A stretch of 12,229 nucleotides of DNA from Azolla caroliniana (Eukaryota; Plantae; Polypodiophyta), in assembly GCA_043228905.1 (NCBI GenBank), contig JBHGNT010001085.1, positions 1 through 12,229 of the forward strand. The letters are read 5' to 3'. Below the pieces are notes generated by a model, which saw only the letters and a program-made list of their open reading frames with translations, made no database searches and was not told where the DNA came from. The position numbers were made by a program, and so were the translations under genes. Numbering within the stretch: position 1 is the first letter of the stretch; each line of letters starts with the position of its first letter. Shown in pieces: positions 1-9,088 of the stretch.

Positions 1-1641
1 ACCGATGCTCACGTTTTTTGTCGGTCCCCACACATCCGAATGGATAAGTTCAAGCTGATTCCAGATCTGATTCTTCTAATTGGGGAATGGAAGCCCATGT
101 TGCTTCACGAGTTGGCAAGCTTCACATATTTGGCCTTTCCGGTCACTAAACTTCGGCAGTCCGGAAACTACGTGTTCCAACTGCAGCTCATGAAGCTTCT
201 GGAAGTTGATCTGGCCGATCCGCTTATGCCATAGGTCGATGTCTGACTCGACCTTCTGCCCTTTCATGAGCATAGTGGTGCCAACATCATTCATTTTGAG
301 GATAAACATCCTCCCATCTCGGCACCCTTGCGCGATGACTTTGCCATCTTCTTCGATGACGCACCCGAGATGTGTGAACCAGACTGCATCCCTTGCTCTA
401 CAATCTGTCCAACTGATACATGATTCTTTGTGATTGTCGGGACATGCAGGACGTTCATCAGCTTCCCCTTTTACCTGACATGGTTGAGGGGAACCTCACC
501 AATGTGCTCGATAGTATGCGAAGTGTCATTTCCGATTTCGACCACTCCTGGTTGTTCCGGTTTTTCTAAATAAGAAAACCACTCCGCATGGCTTGTCATA
601 TGGTTTGACACTCTGGAGTCAACGTACCATACCTTGTTTGGTTTTGAGGTGTTTCTCTTCATCGAGTTAGCCTTGTGTTTCATCATAAAGGCTAGGCCCG
701 ATCCATTTCCGGAGCTGGATCCTTCCGGTCCTTCTGTGTAGTGTGAGCTTTGTCGGCTTCCCTGTCCGGCCTAGCTAGATCCGGACTTGTCCAGATCGGC
801 ATGCTTTTTCCAACACTTTCTCTCTCTCTAGCCCTTCTTGCCACAGTACCAACATTCTGTTATGGTCGTCTTTGTCGGTTTCCAGCACCGCTTTGACTCC
901 CCCTATTTCTGGAGGGTCCGGAACTATTGTTGGCACCATCCTTGTGCCTTCAGTTCAACTCTTGTCGGTCACTTCAACTGTGTGCCAATCCGCCTCGTCC
1001 GCCATGACCCCGGGGCTTCTCTGCCTCCATGTACAACATCGTATCCTTGGTGTGTGTGCTCATTGACGCACCCGTGTGGTTCTCCTCTACTAGGAGCATC
1101 GACTGTAAGTCGAAAAACGAGGGTGTATTCTCCATTGTACAAAATGACGTCTTGAATGCTCCGAACTTTGATGCCAGGCCCCTGAGATAGACCTACACCA
1201 TCCATCTTCTGCGACGGTTACATTGATAGAGGCAAATCAGTCGTAGATGTCTTTGATCCGGGACGTGTAGTCGGCCACTGACATGTCCTTCTGTCGAACA
1301 TTGCTCCACTCTTGTCAGAGTTGTAGCTTCCAGGCCGTGGTGCTTGCGGCAAAGACCTTCTTCAAGTTTCCCCAAGCTTCCTTTGGCATCTTGGCATCCC
1401 GAATATGGCTCAGCAGCCAATCACCGACACTGGACGCAAAGCAGTACATAACTCTGCTTGCCGCTTGTTCCCAAGTTGGGAAGTCCCTGTGTGCAACATC
1501 AAGTGCCGTATCATTAATTCCGTTGACATAACTCTAGTAACCATGCCCAAGTAGGTACTAGTGCTTCTTGTATGACCAACATGCATAGTTGGATTTGTCG
1601 AGCTTCTCCGTCAGAAGCGAGCTAGCCATTCCTCGGTCCAT
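1..1641 (-). pseudogene. Disrupted copia gag-pol (gag, zinc knuckle, aspartic protease, integrase N-terminus)
   Basis: Manual translation: MDRGMASSLLTEKLDKSNYACWSY...KEAWGNLKKVF (gag), CWYCGKKG*RESECWKK (zinc knuckle), WYVDSRVSNHMT (protease, cf. WYxDSGASNHMT), LWHKRIGQIN...CEACQLVKQH (HHCC region), ELIHSDVWGP (integrase core start). Several stops and frameshifts. Confidence 0.9.
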
Positions 1642-1730
1642 TCTAACCTTCGATTTCGGTTCTCTACCGAGTGGTAGGGTTTGTCTTCAGAAATAAACGC
1701 TTGTCGAGTGTAGAGGTTCTCAACCCTCAT

Positions 1731-1742
1731 GCTCTGATACCA
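1731..1742 (-). promoter_or_regulatory. Primer-binding site complementary to the 3' end of tRNA-iMet
   Basis: Plus strand GCTCTGATACCA = minus strand TGGTATCAGAGC, directly after the LTR end ...TTTTACA. Confidence 0.95.
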
Positions 1743-2175
1743 TGTAAAAGTGAATATGAGGAAGGTTAGACTGAACTGGCTCGACCGAATAACAATAGAA
1801 TACAGACAGGTTTAATGGAACCTTAAAAATACACGGGAGAGACAGAGAGAGCAGAACAGTAGGATCAATTGAAAATAATAACACTTTGTACATACAATGT
1901 GCTTAGTGAGCACTTTTATACAAGTCCATGAAAGGACTGATAGGTACTTCAATGCTCATATGAGCGACTAACACTGCCTCCCAAACATATGCGTACGTAC
2001 TAGGCTATATTCATAGGCCTCTAACGGCCTACCAGTTACAATCCGATCTGGCTCTCTGATCCGGCTCCTGGTTCCAAATACCATCCGGACAGTAATCTGG
2101 TTCTCCATTCCGGATACCAATCTGGCTCTAGCTTATTCAGCTGATCCGGATCTGGTTGAGCTTGTCTGCTCAACA
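1743..2175 (-). repeat. 5' LTR of copia-1 (about 433 bp)
   Basis: Minus strand begins TGTTGAG (2175) and ends TTTTACA (1743) next to the PBS; TATA-like TATAAAA near 1914-1920 on the minus strand. Copia-2 coding frame resumes at 2176. The partner LTR is outside the window. Confidence 0.85.
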
Positions 2176-4001
2176 CATATCCTGGTTGAAAAGGATCTCC
2201 TCCAGGAAGTGAAAGGAATACATCTTGAAAAATGTGTGGATTGCTTGATTAAAAAGCAAAACAAGGTTGCCTTTCACTCTAGGCCTCCAATGAGAAGAGA
2301 ATCTGCCCTAGAACTGGTCCACACAGATGTGTGCTATGTGGATGCTCCATCGCATTGTGGTGGACTTAACTTTGTGATATTTATTGATGACTTCAGCAGA
2401 AAGTTGTTGGCCTTCGTGTTGAAGTTTAAAGACCAATTGTTGTCGGTCTTTAAAGAGTTTCATGCGAGGGTAGAAAGAGAATCTAGACAAAAGTTGGAAG
2501 TTGTCCGAACAGATAACGGTGGTGAGTATAGAGGTCTATTGGAGTTGTATTGTAAGACTCAAGGCATCAAACTTGAGTATACAATATCGAAGACACGAGA
2601 GCTAAATGGTCTGGCAAAGACAATGAATCAAACCATAATGGAAAGAGTAAGAAGCATGTTGTCCCATGTAAAACTTCCGAAATCGTATTGGGTTGAGGCT
2701 ATGTTGACAGAGGTTTATCTTATAAGGGTGATGTCCCACATCGCATGTGGATAGGAAGAAATGTCTCTTACAAGATGTTAAGGGTGTTCAGATGCTTAGC
2801 ATATATGCATGTTGCAAAAGATCAGAGGTGAAAGTTGGACAACAAGTCCAAGCCATGCATATTCTTGGCATACTCGGAAGATGAGTTCGATTATATGTTG
2901 TGGGATCTTCTTGAAAAAAAGGTGGTGAGGAGCAAGGATATTGTATTCATGGAAGACAAGACGATTGAAGTCTAGAAACAACAGAAACCAGTGTCGTCCT
3001 CCCAGCCGACTACTATCACTATGGATGCAACACTAGATGACTTTACTTCTACACAACTGGTTGACCGACAACAGGCAGTCGATGTAGCCGAGTTTGAGTC
3101 GGCTGACTCACATCAACAGGTTGATAGACATGAATCTGAGCTGGATGAAGAATCAACAAGCACATCTAAACCTAAACCAGTTGTTGGAGGTAGAAGATAC
3201 CCACTTAGACAAAGGAAAGCATCCTCTCGGTACCCAACCAACCAATATGTCTAATGCAAAACCTGTTGGATTTACACAGCTGGTAAATTCTAGTCAATGT
3301 CCAAGAGGTGAGAAGGATAAGGGTGAGATGAGAAGGGTGTCGTATGTCATGGCTACTGGGAGCCTAATGTATGTTATGGTTTGCTCTACAGTGGACATTG
3401 CATTTGTTATTGGGACAGTCAGTCAATACATGAGCAATCTTGGAAGGGAACATTGGGCAACCGTAAAATGGATACTCAGATATTTGAAAGACACTCCAAG
3501 TGTATGCCTTGGGTATGGCTCCGGGAAACCTATGCTCGAAGGTTTCACAAATTCTGACATGTCAAGGGATGTAAGTTCCAGCTGATCCACATCTGGATAT
3601 GTGATGATTTATGCAGGGAGAGCCGTATCATGGCAATAAAAATTGCAAAAGGTTGTCGACCAAAGAGGCTAAGTATATGGTTGTGGTGGAGGCCGAGAAA
3701 GAATTGATTTGGATGAAGAATTTTCTCAGTGAACTAGGAATGAAGCAAGAAAGGTTCCTACGTCACTGTGATAACTAGAGTGCCATATTTCTAGCCAAGA
3801 ATGTTGCCTACCACTCTCTACCAAGCACATAAAAAGGAGGTATCATTGGTTACAAGAGAAAGTGGATGAAATTGAGTTTACTCTAATTAAGATCCACACT
3901 TACGAAAATAGATTAGATTTGCTTACAAAGACTTTATCTATGGAAAAACTCATTGCTTGTCTGCTGAAGACTGGTGTGATCATCTCCCCCCATATAGGAG
4001 T
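2176..4001 (+). pseudogene. Disrupted copia pol: integrase, RT C-terminus, RNase H
   Basis: HILVEKDLLQEVKGIHLEKCVDC, LELVHTDVC, FIDDFSR, VRTDNGGEY (rve); GSLMYVMVC...DIAF...HWATVKWILRYLK (RT end); GFTNSD...STSGYV...AVSW (RNase H). Many stops and frameshifts. Confidence 0.92.
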
Positions 4002-4011
4002 GAAGGGGGAG
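4002..4011 (+). promoter_or_regulatory. Polypurine tract of copia-2
   Basis: GAAGGGGGAG followed by TT and then TGTTATG (LTR start at 4014). Confidence 0.88.
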
Positions 4012-4013
4012 TT

Positions 4014-4498
4014 TGTTATGTATGCGTGTCCACCCTAATGGGGGAAGATGGCTGAAAAGTCAAGAATCAGCCGAGAGGCAGAATAAGGATCAGAATCAGC
4101 AGGGAGGCCTAATGTTGGTTGGAATCAGCTCAGAAGTCGAGAATACACACACACACACATACATATATATAGGAAAATAAGTTAGGGTTACTGATTAATA
4201 ATATCTTTGTGCGTGAGAGATAGAAGTGTTGTGAGCAGAGAATGCGTGAGTTAGACAAAGAGGAAAGAGACAGAGACAGAGAGTGTTGAGAAGTGCAGAG
4301 ATATGTGACATAGGCATACAGAAGGAATTAGGGTTTGGTGGACTTGGCTAAAACCCTAGCTGCGATTTTAGATGACAACCTGGGAGTGCACCTATACCTG
4401 AACAGGTTCTATCACTTTATGTACTATTGTTGTGTGAGTTTTGCCTCCTGTATAGTATTGTGGTACTCTTCTGAGATATGGGTTTCCCCTTATTGATC
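4014..4498 (+). repeat. 3' LTR of copia-2 (right end uncertain, probably interrupted)
   Basis: Starts TG after the PPT; contains (CA)n/TATATATA and TTAGGGTT motifs. No clear terminal CA before the LINE tail at about 4500. Confidence 0.65.
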
Positions 4499-4499
4499 T

Positions 4500-5827
4500 A
4501 GAAAGAAAGAAAGAAAGATATATTAACGTCTTCTAAGGCCAAAATTGGCCCATGAGACAGCTGGTTTAAAACAAAATTGGTATTTATCCAATCATCAGAA
4601 CTAAAATAAAAGTAAAGTAAAAATAGCTTAAGCTAAGAGAGTTCTAGTAGTGTACAAAACATGGTATACTTGATAAAAAAGAAGTGATTTTGCACTAAGC
4701 CTAATTTCATTTCCACCCAAGCCTCTCGAAAAGAAGTGGGAGGTCAAAGGGTTTTGGTGTGGGTGTGACCCATGGTCCCAATGTACAGAGTGCTCTAGCC
4801 ATGGCTTTTAGGTGGTGTAGCTCACGTTCCCTTTTTTTTTTATTGCTTCTACACCACGTTGAGTTTCTTTGAAACCCGACATTCGAGGGCGTTTGGTTCT
4901 TCTTTGATTTTCTACTTCATCAAGGAAAAGTGTGAGCGGTGCAGGTGTGTCGACATTCGTTGTCTCTCCCTGTTCTTGAAAAACTTCATTTGTTACATGT
5001 TGGTGAACATTAGCAACATTATTGTCAACATTTTGTAACTTATTCTCTCTGTGCTGTTTTAGTTCTAGGATGTATCCGCCTAATTTCTTTATATCTAAAG
5101 TATCAAGTAGTTTAGGGAGGGTGGGAGAGGAACCAAGTATGTCTTGGTATTTTTCCCTTATCTCAGTGTAGGTGGGACATTTGCATGTAAAGTGGTACTC
5201 ATCCTCTATCTCTATGTGGCATAACCTACATATCCTTTCCTCCCTAGGGACTCCATTAGTATGTCCATTCTCAATCTCAAGTTGGTGAGATGATATTCTA
5301 AGTTGACCAATGGCAACCCTTAGTGAATGTGGTAAGAATACATCTAGATATTTTGACCGCGTAATAAAACCTAACTAAGAGAAGTGCATGAAGTGTTCCT
5401 TATAGTACAACATTTTAGATGGGAGTGGCTCTGGTGGGGTGATCCATTTATACCGAGTGTAAATTTTCCATATTTCTTGGCGTATTACTTTATTGCAGTC
5501 CTCATAAGAGATTAAAGTGTTATCAATCGTGTGGTCGTACTTAAGGGTGGGGGGGAGGTTATTAAGGTCTAGTCCGTTCACAAGAAGCCAACTCACCATC
5601 ATGCCATACCATGAGCTAGTATAGCCAGACTCATACAGTGATCGAGAGGCCTTAAAGGCTTGATGGGATATTCTATCATGTGGTTGGCTATGTATCCTAT
5701 GGATAAAGACTACCTGTTGAAAAAGTGCCTCTACTAACATTGGGGGTAGAGTGAACTCAGCCCTAATAATGTCATGTGGTACTGTCAATTTGCTTCGGAG
5801 TTCGCGTGATAACATCATCATTGTCAT
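4500..5827 (-). mobile_element. 5'-truncated non-LTR retrotransposon (LINE-A; RTE-X-like ORF2 C-terminus, 3' UTR, (CTTT)n tail)
   Basis: ORF 5375-5827 (TVPHDIIRAEF...) continues in frame past one TAG as LGFITRSKYLDVFLPHSLRVAIGQLRISSHQLEIENGHTNGVPREERICRLCHIEIEDEYHFTCKCPTY, the RxSSHxLxxExG plus CxxC-H-C zinc-finger end of LINE ORF2. It ends in a stem-loop and tetranucleotide tail at 4500-4518. Clade assignment is tentative. Confidence 0.85.
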
Positions 5828-6300
5828 TGTTATCGTACGAGATGTACGGGTGATTGATAACTGTGATAAGTGAGGGTGAAAGATGTAATGTGTTGATATG
5901 TATGTGTAATGTTATACGATTATGAGTGTGAATATAAGTGTGAGTGTGGTGGATACAAAGAGGTGTGAGTGAGTGGTTAGATGTGAATGCCCAAGGGGCT
6001 TGCACCCTTGTGTATCTACCCCTTTGTACATATTTAACCCCTTATGGGGAATGAATGAATACAATGATCATTTATCTCTTAATCTCTCTCTCTCTCTCTC
6101 ATCATCTCTCTCTCTTCCATCTCCCTAACGTTGAACCCCCTTGGGAGGGGGATGGAGCCATTCTAGGCACCACCCCCCCCCCCTGTAATGCTTCTCAATG
6201 CACATCCCGCACCGATCACCATCTCCATTATTATCATCACACTCACCATGTCTATCTTTATCATAATTATCACTAACCCTAACCCTAAAAACCTACAACA
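5828..6300 (+). repeat. 5' LTR (473 bp) of the non-autonomous element
   Basis: TG...CA ends; aligns with 8523-8958 apart from scattered substitutions and indels in the CT and C tracts. Confidence 0.92.
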
Positions 6301-6305
6301 CTTTT

Positions 6306-6315
6306 TGGCGACCAC
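6306..6315 (+). promoter_or_regulatory. Primer-binding site, tRNA-Arg type
   Basis: TGGCGACCAC after LTR-CA and a CTTTT spacer, a layout typical of non-chromovirus gypsy (Athila/Tat/Ogre). The tRNA identity is from recall of plant tRNA-Arg 3' ends. Confidence 0.7.
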
Positions 6316-7701
6316 TAAGGTGACCCCCCTTTGAAGATGAAGTTGAAGACTAATACGCGGCAAAGCCATGGAAACAACGAAATGTGCAAGAAATCAAATC
6401 GATGATGTGCGAGAAATGGTGATGGTGATTGAAAGCCGTCGAGGAATGCAACACGGTGATGTTGTGCGCAAGGAAGATGAAGAATGATATGTGGTGATGA
6501 TCTGCGAGAAATGGAATTAACGACGATGTGCAACAAATGGCAATGATGATGTGCATGAGAAGCGGGAAATGGCAAATTGATTGTGGCACGATTCTACGAA
6601 CTAATGTTTATATCAATGGAAGTGCAGAGGAGAGGGACCCAACCGTCACAAGCCCTATCTTCCAAATGTGAGAGAATGCATTTCCATTCACATACGACCA
6701 AACAAACACTACTAGAAAAAAAGAATGACAAGATCAGAAAAACAACCGAATAGACATCAACAAGCCGGACGAACAAACAATGGCTGGACCAACGACCAGA
6801 ATGCAAAGAGGTGGCCAAAAACCCTAAGCAAGGACAACGGTCACAGGAGTGGTGTCCTGACAATGGCAGCGAACAAGTGACAATTGGAGAGCGACCGGAG
6901 CAAAACAAGCTGTGACAGAGCAGCAGTCAGAGAGCGACCAAACAGACGGCTAGATGAAGCGGCGATGACCAGACAGGCCGACAGAGATGACGACGACACC
7001 TGACGACGACCGCTCGACGGAGACGACCACAGAACCCGACGAAGTAGCGGCCGCAACAGGAGAGTTCCGGCCAGAGAGGGGCTAGATAGCAATAGGAACA
7101 GTGGCCAAATATCAGCCGAAGAGCGGAGAGAGCGGTCGGAAGGGCCGGAAACTGGTCGGAATAGCCGGACAGTGGTTGTAGCAACCGGTGCGACCAGAGG
7201 GTCAGACAAGGCCGGCGACGGACCAGAAGACAACGGACAAATGGCTGGGACATGAGCTAAACAATGACCGGAGTGGCGGCAAATAATCAACGGCGGCGGC
7301 GAAAAATTAGCAACGAATATGGCCAAGTAGAAGTGATCAGATGAACGATGATGCCAGAAAATGGCAGAACTAGCTAGACAAACCGGACAGACGAGCGGAC
7401 AGGATGGACAAGCCCCGGATAGCTGACGACCGGACAAACGGCAAGAGGATGACCGGAATAGATGGACACGCCGGACAAGGCGACGGATGATGGCCAGAAT
7501 AGCAACCATCGAATGGTTACAGAGGCGGCCGAAAAGACACGACCAGAAGGGCCGAATAGAGCCGAAGACAGAGACGGCAACAAACTGCCAGCCACACAAA
7601 CAGGAAAAAGAAGACGAAGAGGATGAAGTTTGACAAAGAAGATGTAGAAACAAAGGAAGAAAACAAGAGAGAAGACAAAGAAGAAGAAACAGACAACGAT
7701 A

Positions 7702-7727
7702 AGAGAGAGAGAGAGAGAGAGAGAGAG
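7702..7727 (+). repeat. (AG)13 microsatellite
   Basis: Read directly from the sequence. Confidence 0.95.
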
Positions 7728-8130
7728 AACGCAAACAATAAAAAAAGTAGAGGGAAAAACAAGAGGAAGTAAAAATAGAAGGGCATTAAAAGAAATTTTG
7801 CAAATATGAGGCTATATAGAAAATTCAAAAACCTAAGGGCATTGTCATTAGTTTAGAAAATTGGAGGCTACAATACCTAAATTTAAAAACTCATCCACCT
7901 AAAGAAATGGACGTGATCGACCACGACAAATCAAACAAAATTAAGAAAGAACACACATACACACAACATGCTTTTGGACCCATGATGATGTCCGTGAACC
8001 GACAGAGCGCGAATGTTCGTGTCAATGAAGATTCGTTGACCGATGGAGATGTTCGAGTCAAGCGCTCCGATCGAGGGAGTTGATCGTTGAGAGGACCGAT
8101 GGAAGTTCTGGTCGAAGAAAGATTATGATC

Positions 8131-8810
8131 AAGGCTTGTGGGATCGACGTGCAAGGCACTCTCCCACGGGCATGCCATATTGTGTTATCGTACGAGATGT
8201 ACAGGTGATTGATAACTGTGATAAGTGAGGGTGAAAGATGTAATGTGTTGATATGTATGTGTAATGTTATACGATTATGAGTGTGAATGTAAGTGTGAGT
8301 GTGGTGGATACAAAGAGGTGTGAGTGAGTGGTTAGGTGTGAATGCCCAAGGGGCTTGCATCCTTGTGTATCTACCCCTTTGTACCTATTTAACCCCTTAT
8401 GGGGAATGAATGAATACAATGATCATTTCTCTCTTAATCTCTTTCTCTTCCCTCTCCCTAACGTTGAACCAAGGCTTGTGGGATCGACGTGCAAGGCACT
8501 CTCCCACGGGCGTGCCATATTGTGTTATCGTACGAGATGTACAGGTGATTGATAACTGTGATAAGTGAGGGTGAAAGATGTAATGTGTTGATATGTATGT
8601 GTAATGTTATACGATTATGAGTGTGAATGTAAGTGTGAGTGTGGTGGATACAAAGAGGTGTGAGTGAGTGGTTAGGTGTGAATGCCCAAGGGGCTTGCAT
8701 CCTTGTGTATCTACCCCTTTGTACCTATTTAACCCCTTATGGGGAATGAATGAATACAATGATCATTTCTCTCTTAATCTCTTTCTCTTCCCTCTCCCTA
8801 ACGTTGAACC
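8131..8810 (+). repeat. Tandem duplication, 2 x 340 bp (52-bp pre-LTR segment plus the first 288 bp of the 3' LTR)
   Basis: 8131-8470 versus 8471-8810; only one difference seen (A8172/G8512). Confidence 0.97.
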
Positions 8811-8958
8811 CCCTTGGGAGAATGGCTCCACCCCCCACCCCGCAATGCTTCTCAATGCACATCCCGCACCGATCACCATCTCCATTGCTATCATCACACT
8901 CATCATGTCTATCTTTATCATAATTATCACTAACCCCTAACCCTAAAAACCTACAACA
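8523..8958 (+). repeat. 3' LTR (436 bp) of the non-autonomous element
   Basis: TGTTATCG...CTACAACA, homologous to 5828-6300. Confidence 0.92.
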
Positions 8959-8963
8959 ATCAT

Positions 8964-9032
8964 GATATTGCAAGACTCGAACCCGTGACCTTATGTTACG
9001 TGGGTCCAGCTCTTAACCATTATACCATCTAT
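8964..9032 (-). mobile_element. tRNA-derived SINE-like head (Pol III A and B boxes)
   Basis: Minus strand TGGTATAATGG (A box, 9027-9017) and GGTTCGAGTCT (B box, 8983-8973), 33 nt apart, with a tRNA-like AAGGTC variable loop before the T arm. The acceptor stem does not pair, so this is not an intact tRNA. Confidence 0.65.
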
Positions 9033-9088
9033 TGTAATACAAAAAATATTATGTTCATTTATGCTTTATTATAGAAAATTGATGTATA

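Larger units (their letters stand above)
1..2175 (-). mobile_element. Ty1/copia LTR retrotransposon (copia-1), 5' part; continues beyond the left edge of the window
   Basis: Minus-strand order LTR (TG...CA), PBS TGGTATCAGAGC, gag, protease, GAG-pre-integrase, integrase start is the copia domain order. Confidence 0.93.
2176..4498 (+). mobile_element. Second Ty1/copia element (copia-2), 3' part, internally deleted
   Basis: Integrase, RT C-terminus, RNase H, PPT and a TG-starting LTR in copia order. The right boundary is approximate (cut by the LINE tail). Confidence 0.9.
5828..8958 (+). mobile_element. Non-autonomous LTR retrotransposon (3131 bp, no recognisable gag/pol)
   Basis: Direct repeats TGTTATCG...CTACAACA at both ends, PBS after the 5' LTR, and 5-bp flanks GTCAT (5823-5827) / ATCAT (8959-8963) matching 4 of 5 as a TSD. 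Confidence 0.88.

Noticed and set aside
4585-4598. Hammerhead-like CTGATGA followed by a TTGG/CCAA stem on the minus strand
   Set aside because: The required GAAA after stem II is missing.
4812-4857. GTGGTGTAG/CTACACCAC inverted repeat around a T run, as a terminator
   Set aside because: Eukaryotic context; it lies inside the LINE-A ORF extension and the T run is within the loop.
5828-6300. Retrozyme (hammerhead in LTR) or Cassandra (5S in LTR)
   Set aside because: No CTGANGA/GAAA core and no 5S-like boxes seen on either strand.
6381-6575. CRISPR-like array
   Set aside because: Repeats are degenerate and irregularly spaced, there are no cas genes, and the context is a eukaryotic retroelement.
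5772-6589. His-rich short ORFs (repeated at 8058-8973)
   Set aside because: They are translations of GT/ATC-rich LTR and leader sequence, repeated because the LTRs are repeated.
6841-7734. 297-aa minus-strand ORF as a host gene
   Set aside because: It starts at TTG, runs through a (CT)n microsatellite, is low-complexity and has no recognisable domain; scarcity of A on that strand explains the lack of stops.
8964-9032. Functional tRNA gene
   Set aside because: The acceptor and anticodon stems do not pair; only the A/B boxes and T arm are recognisable.
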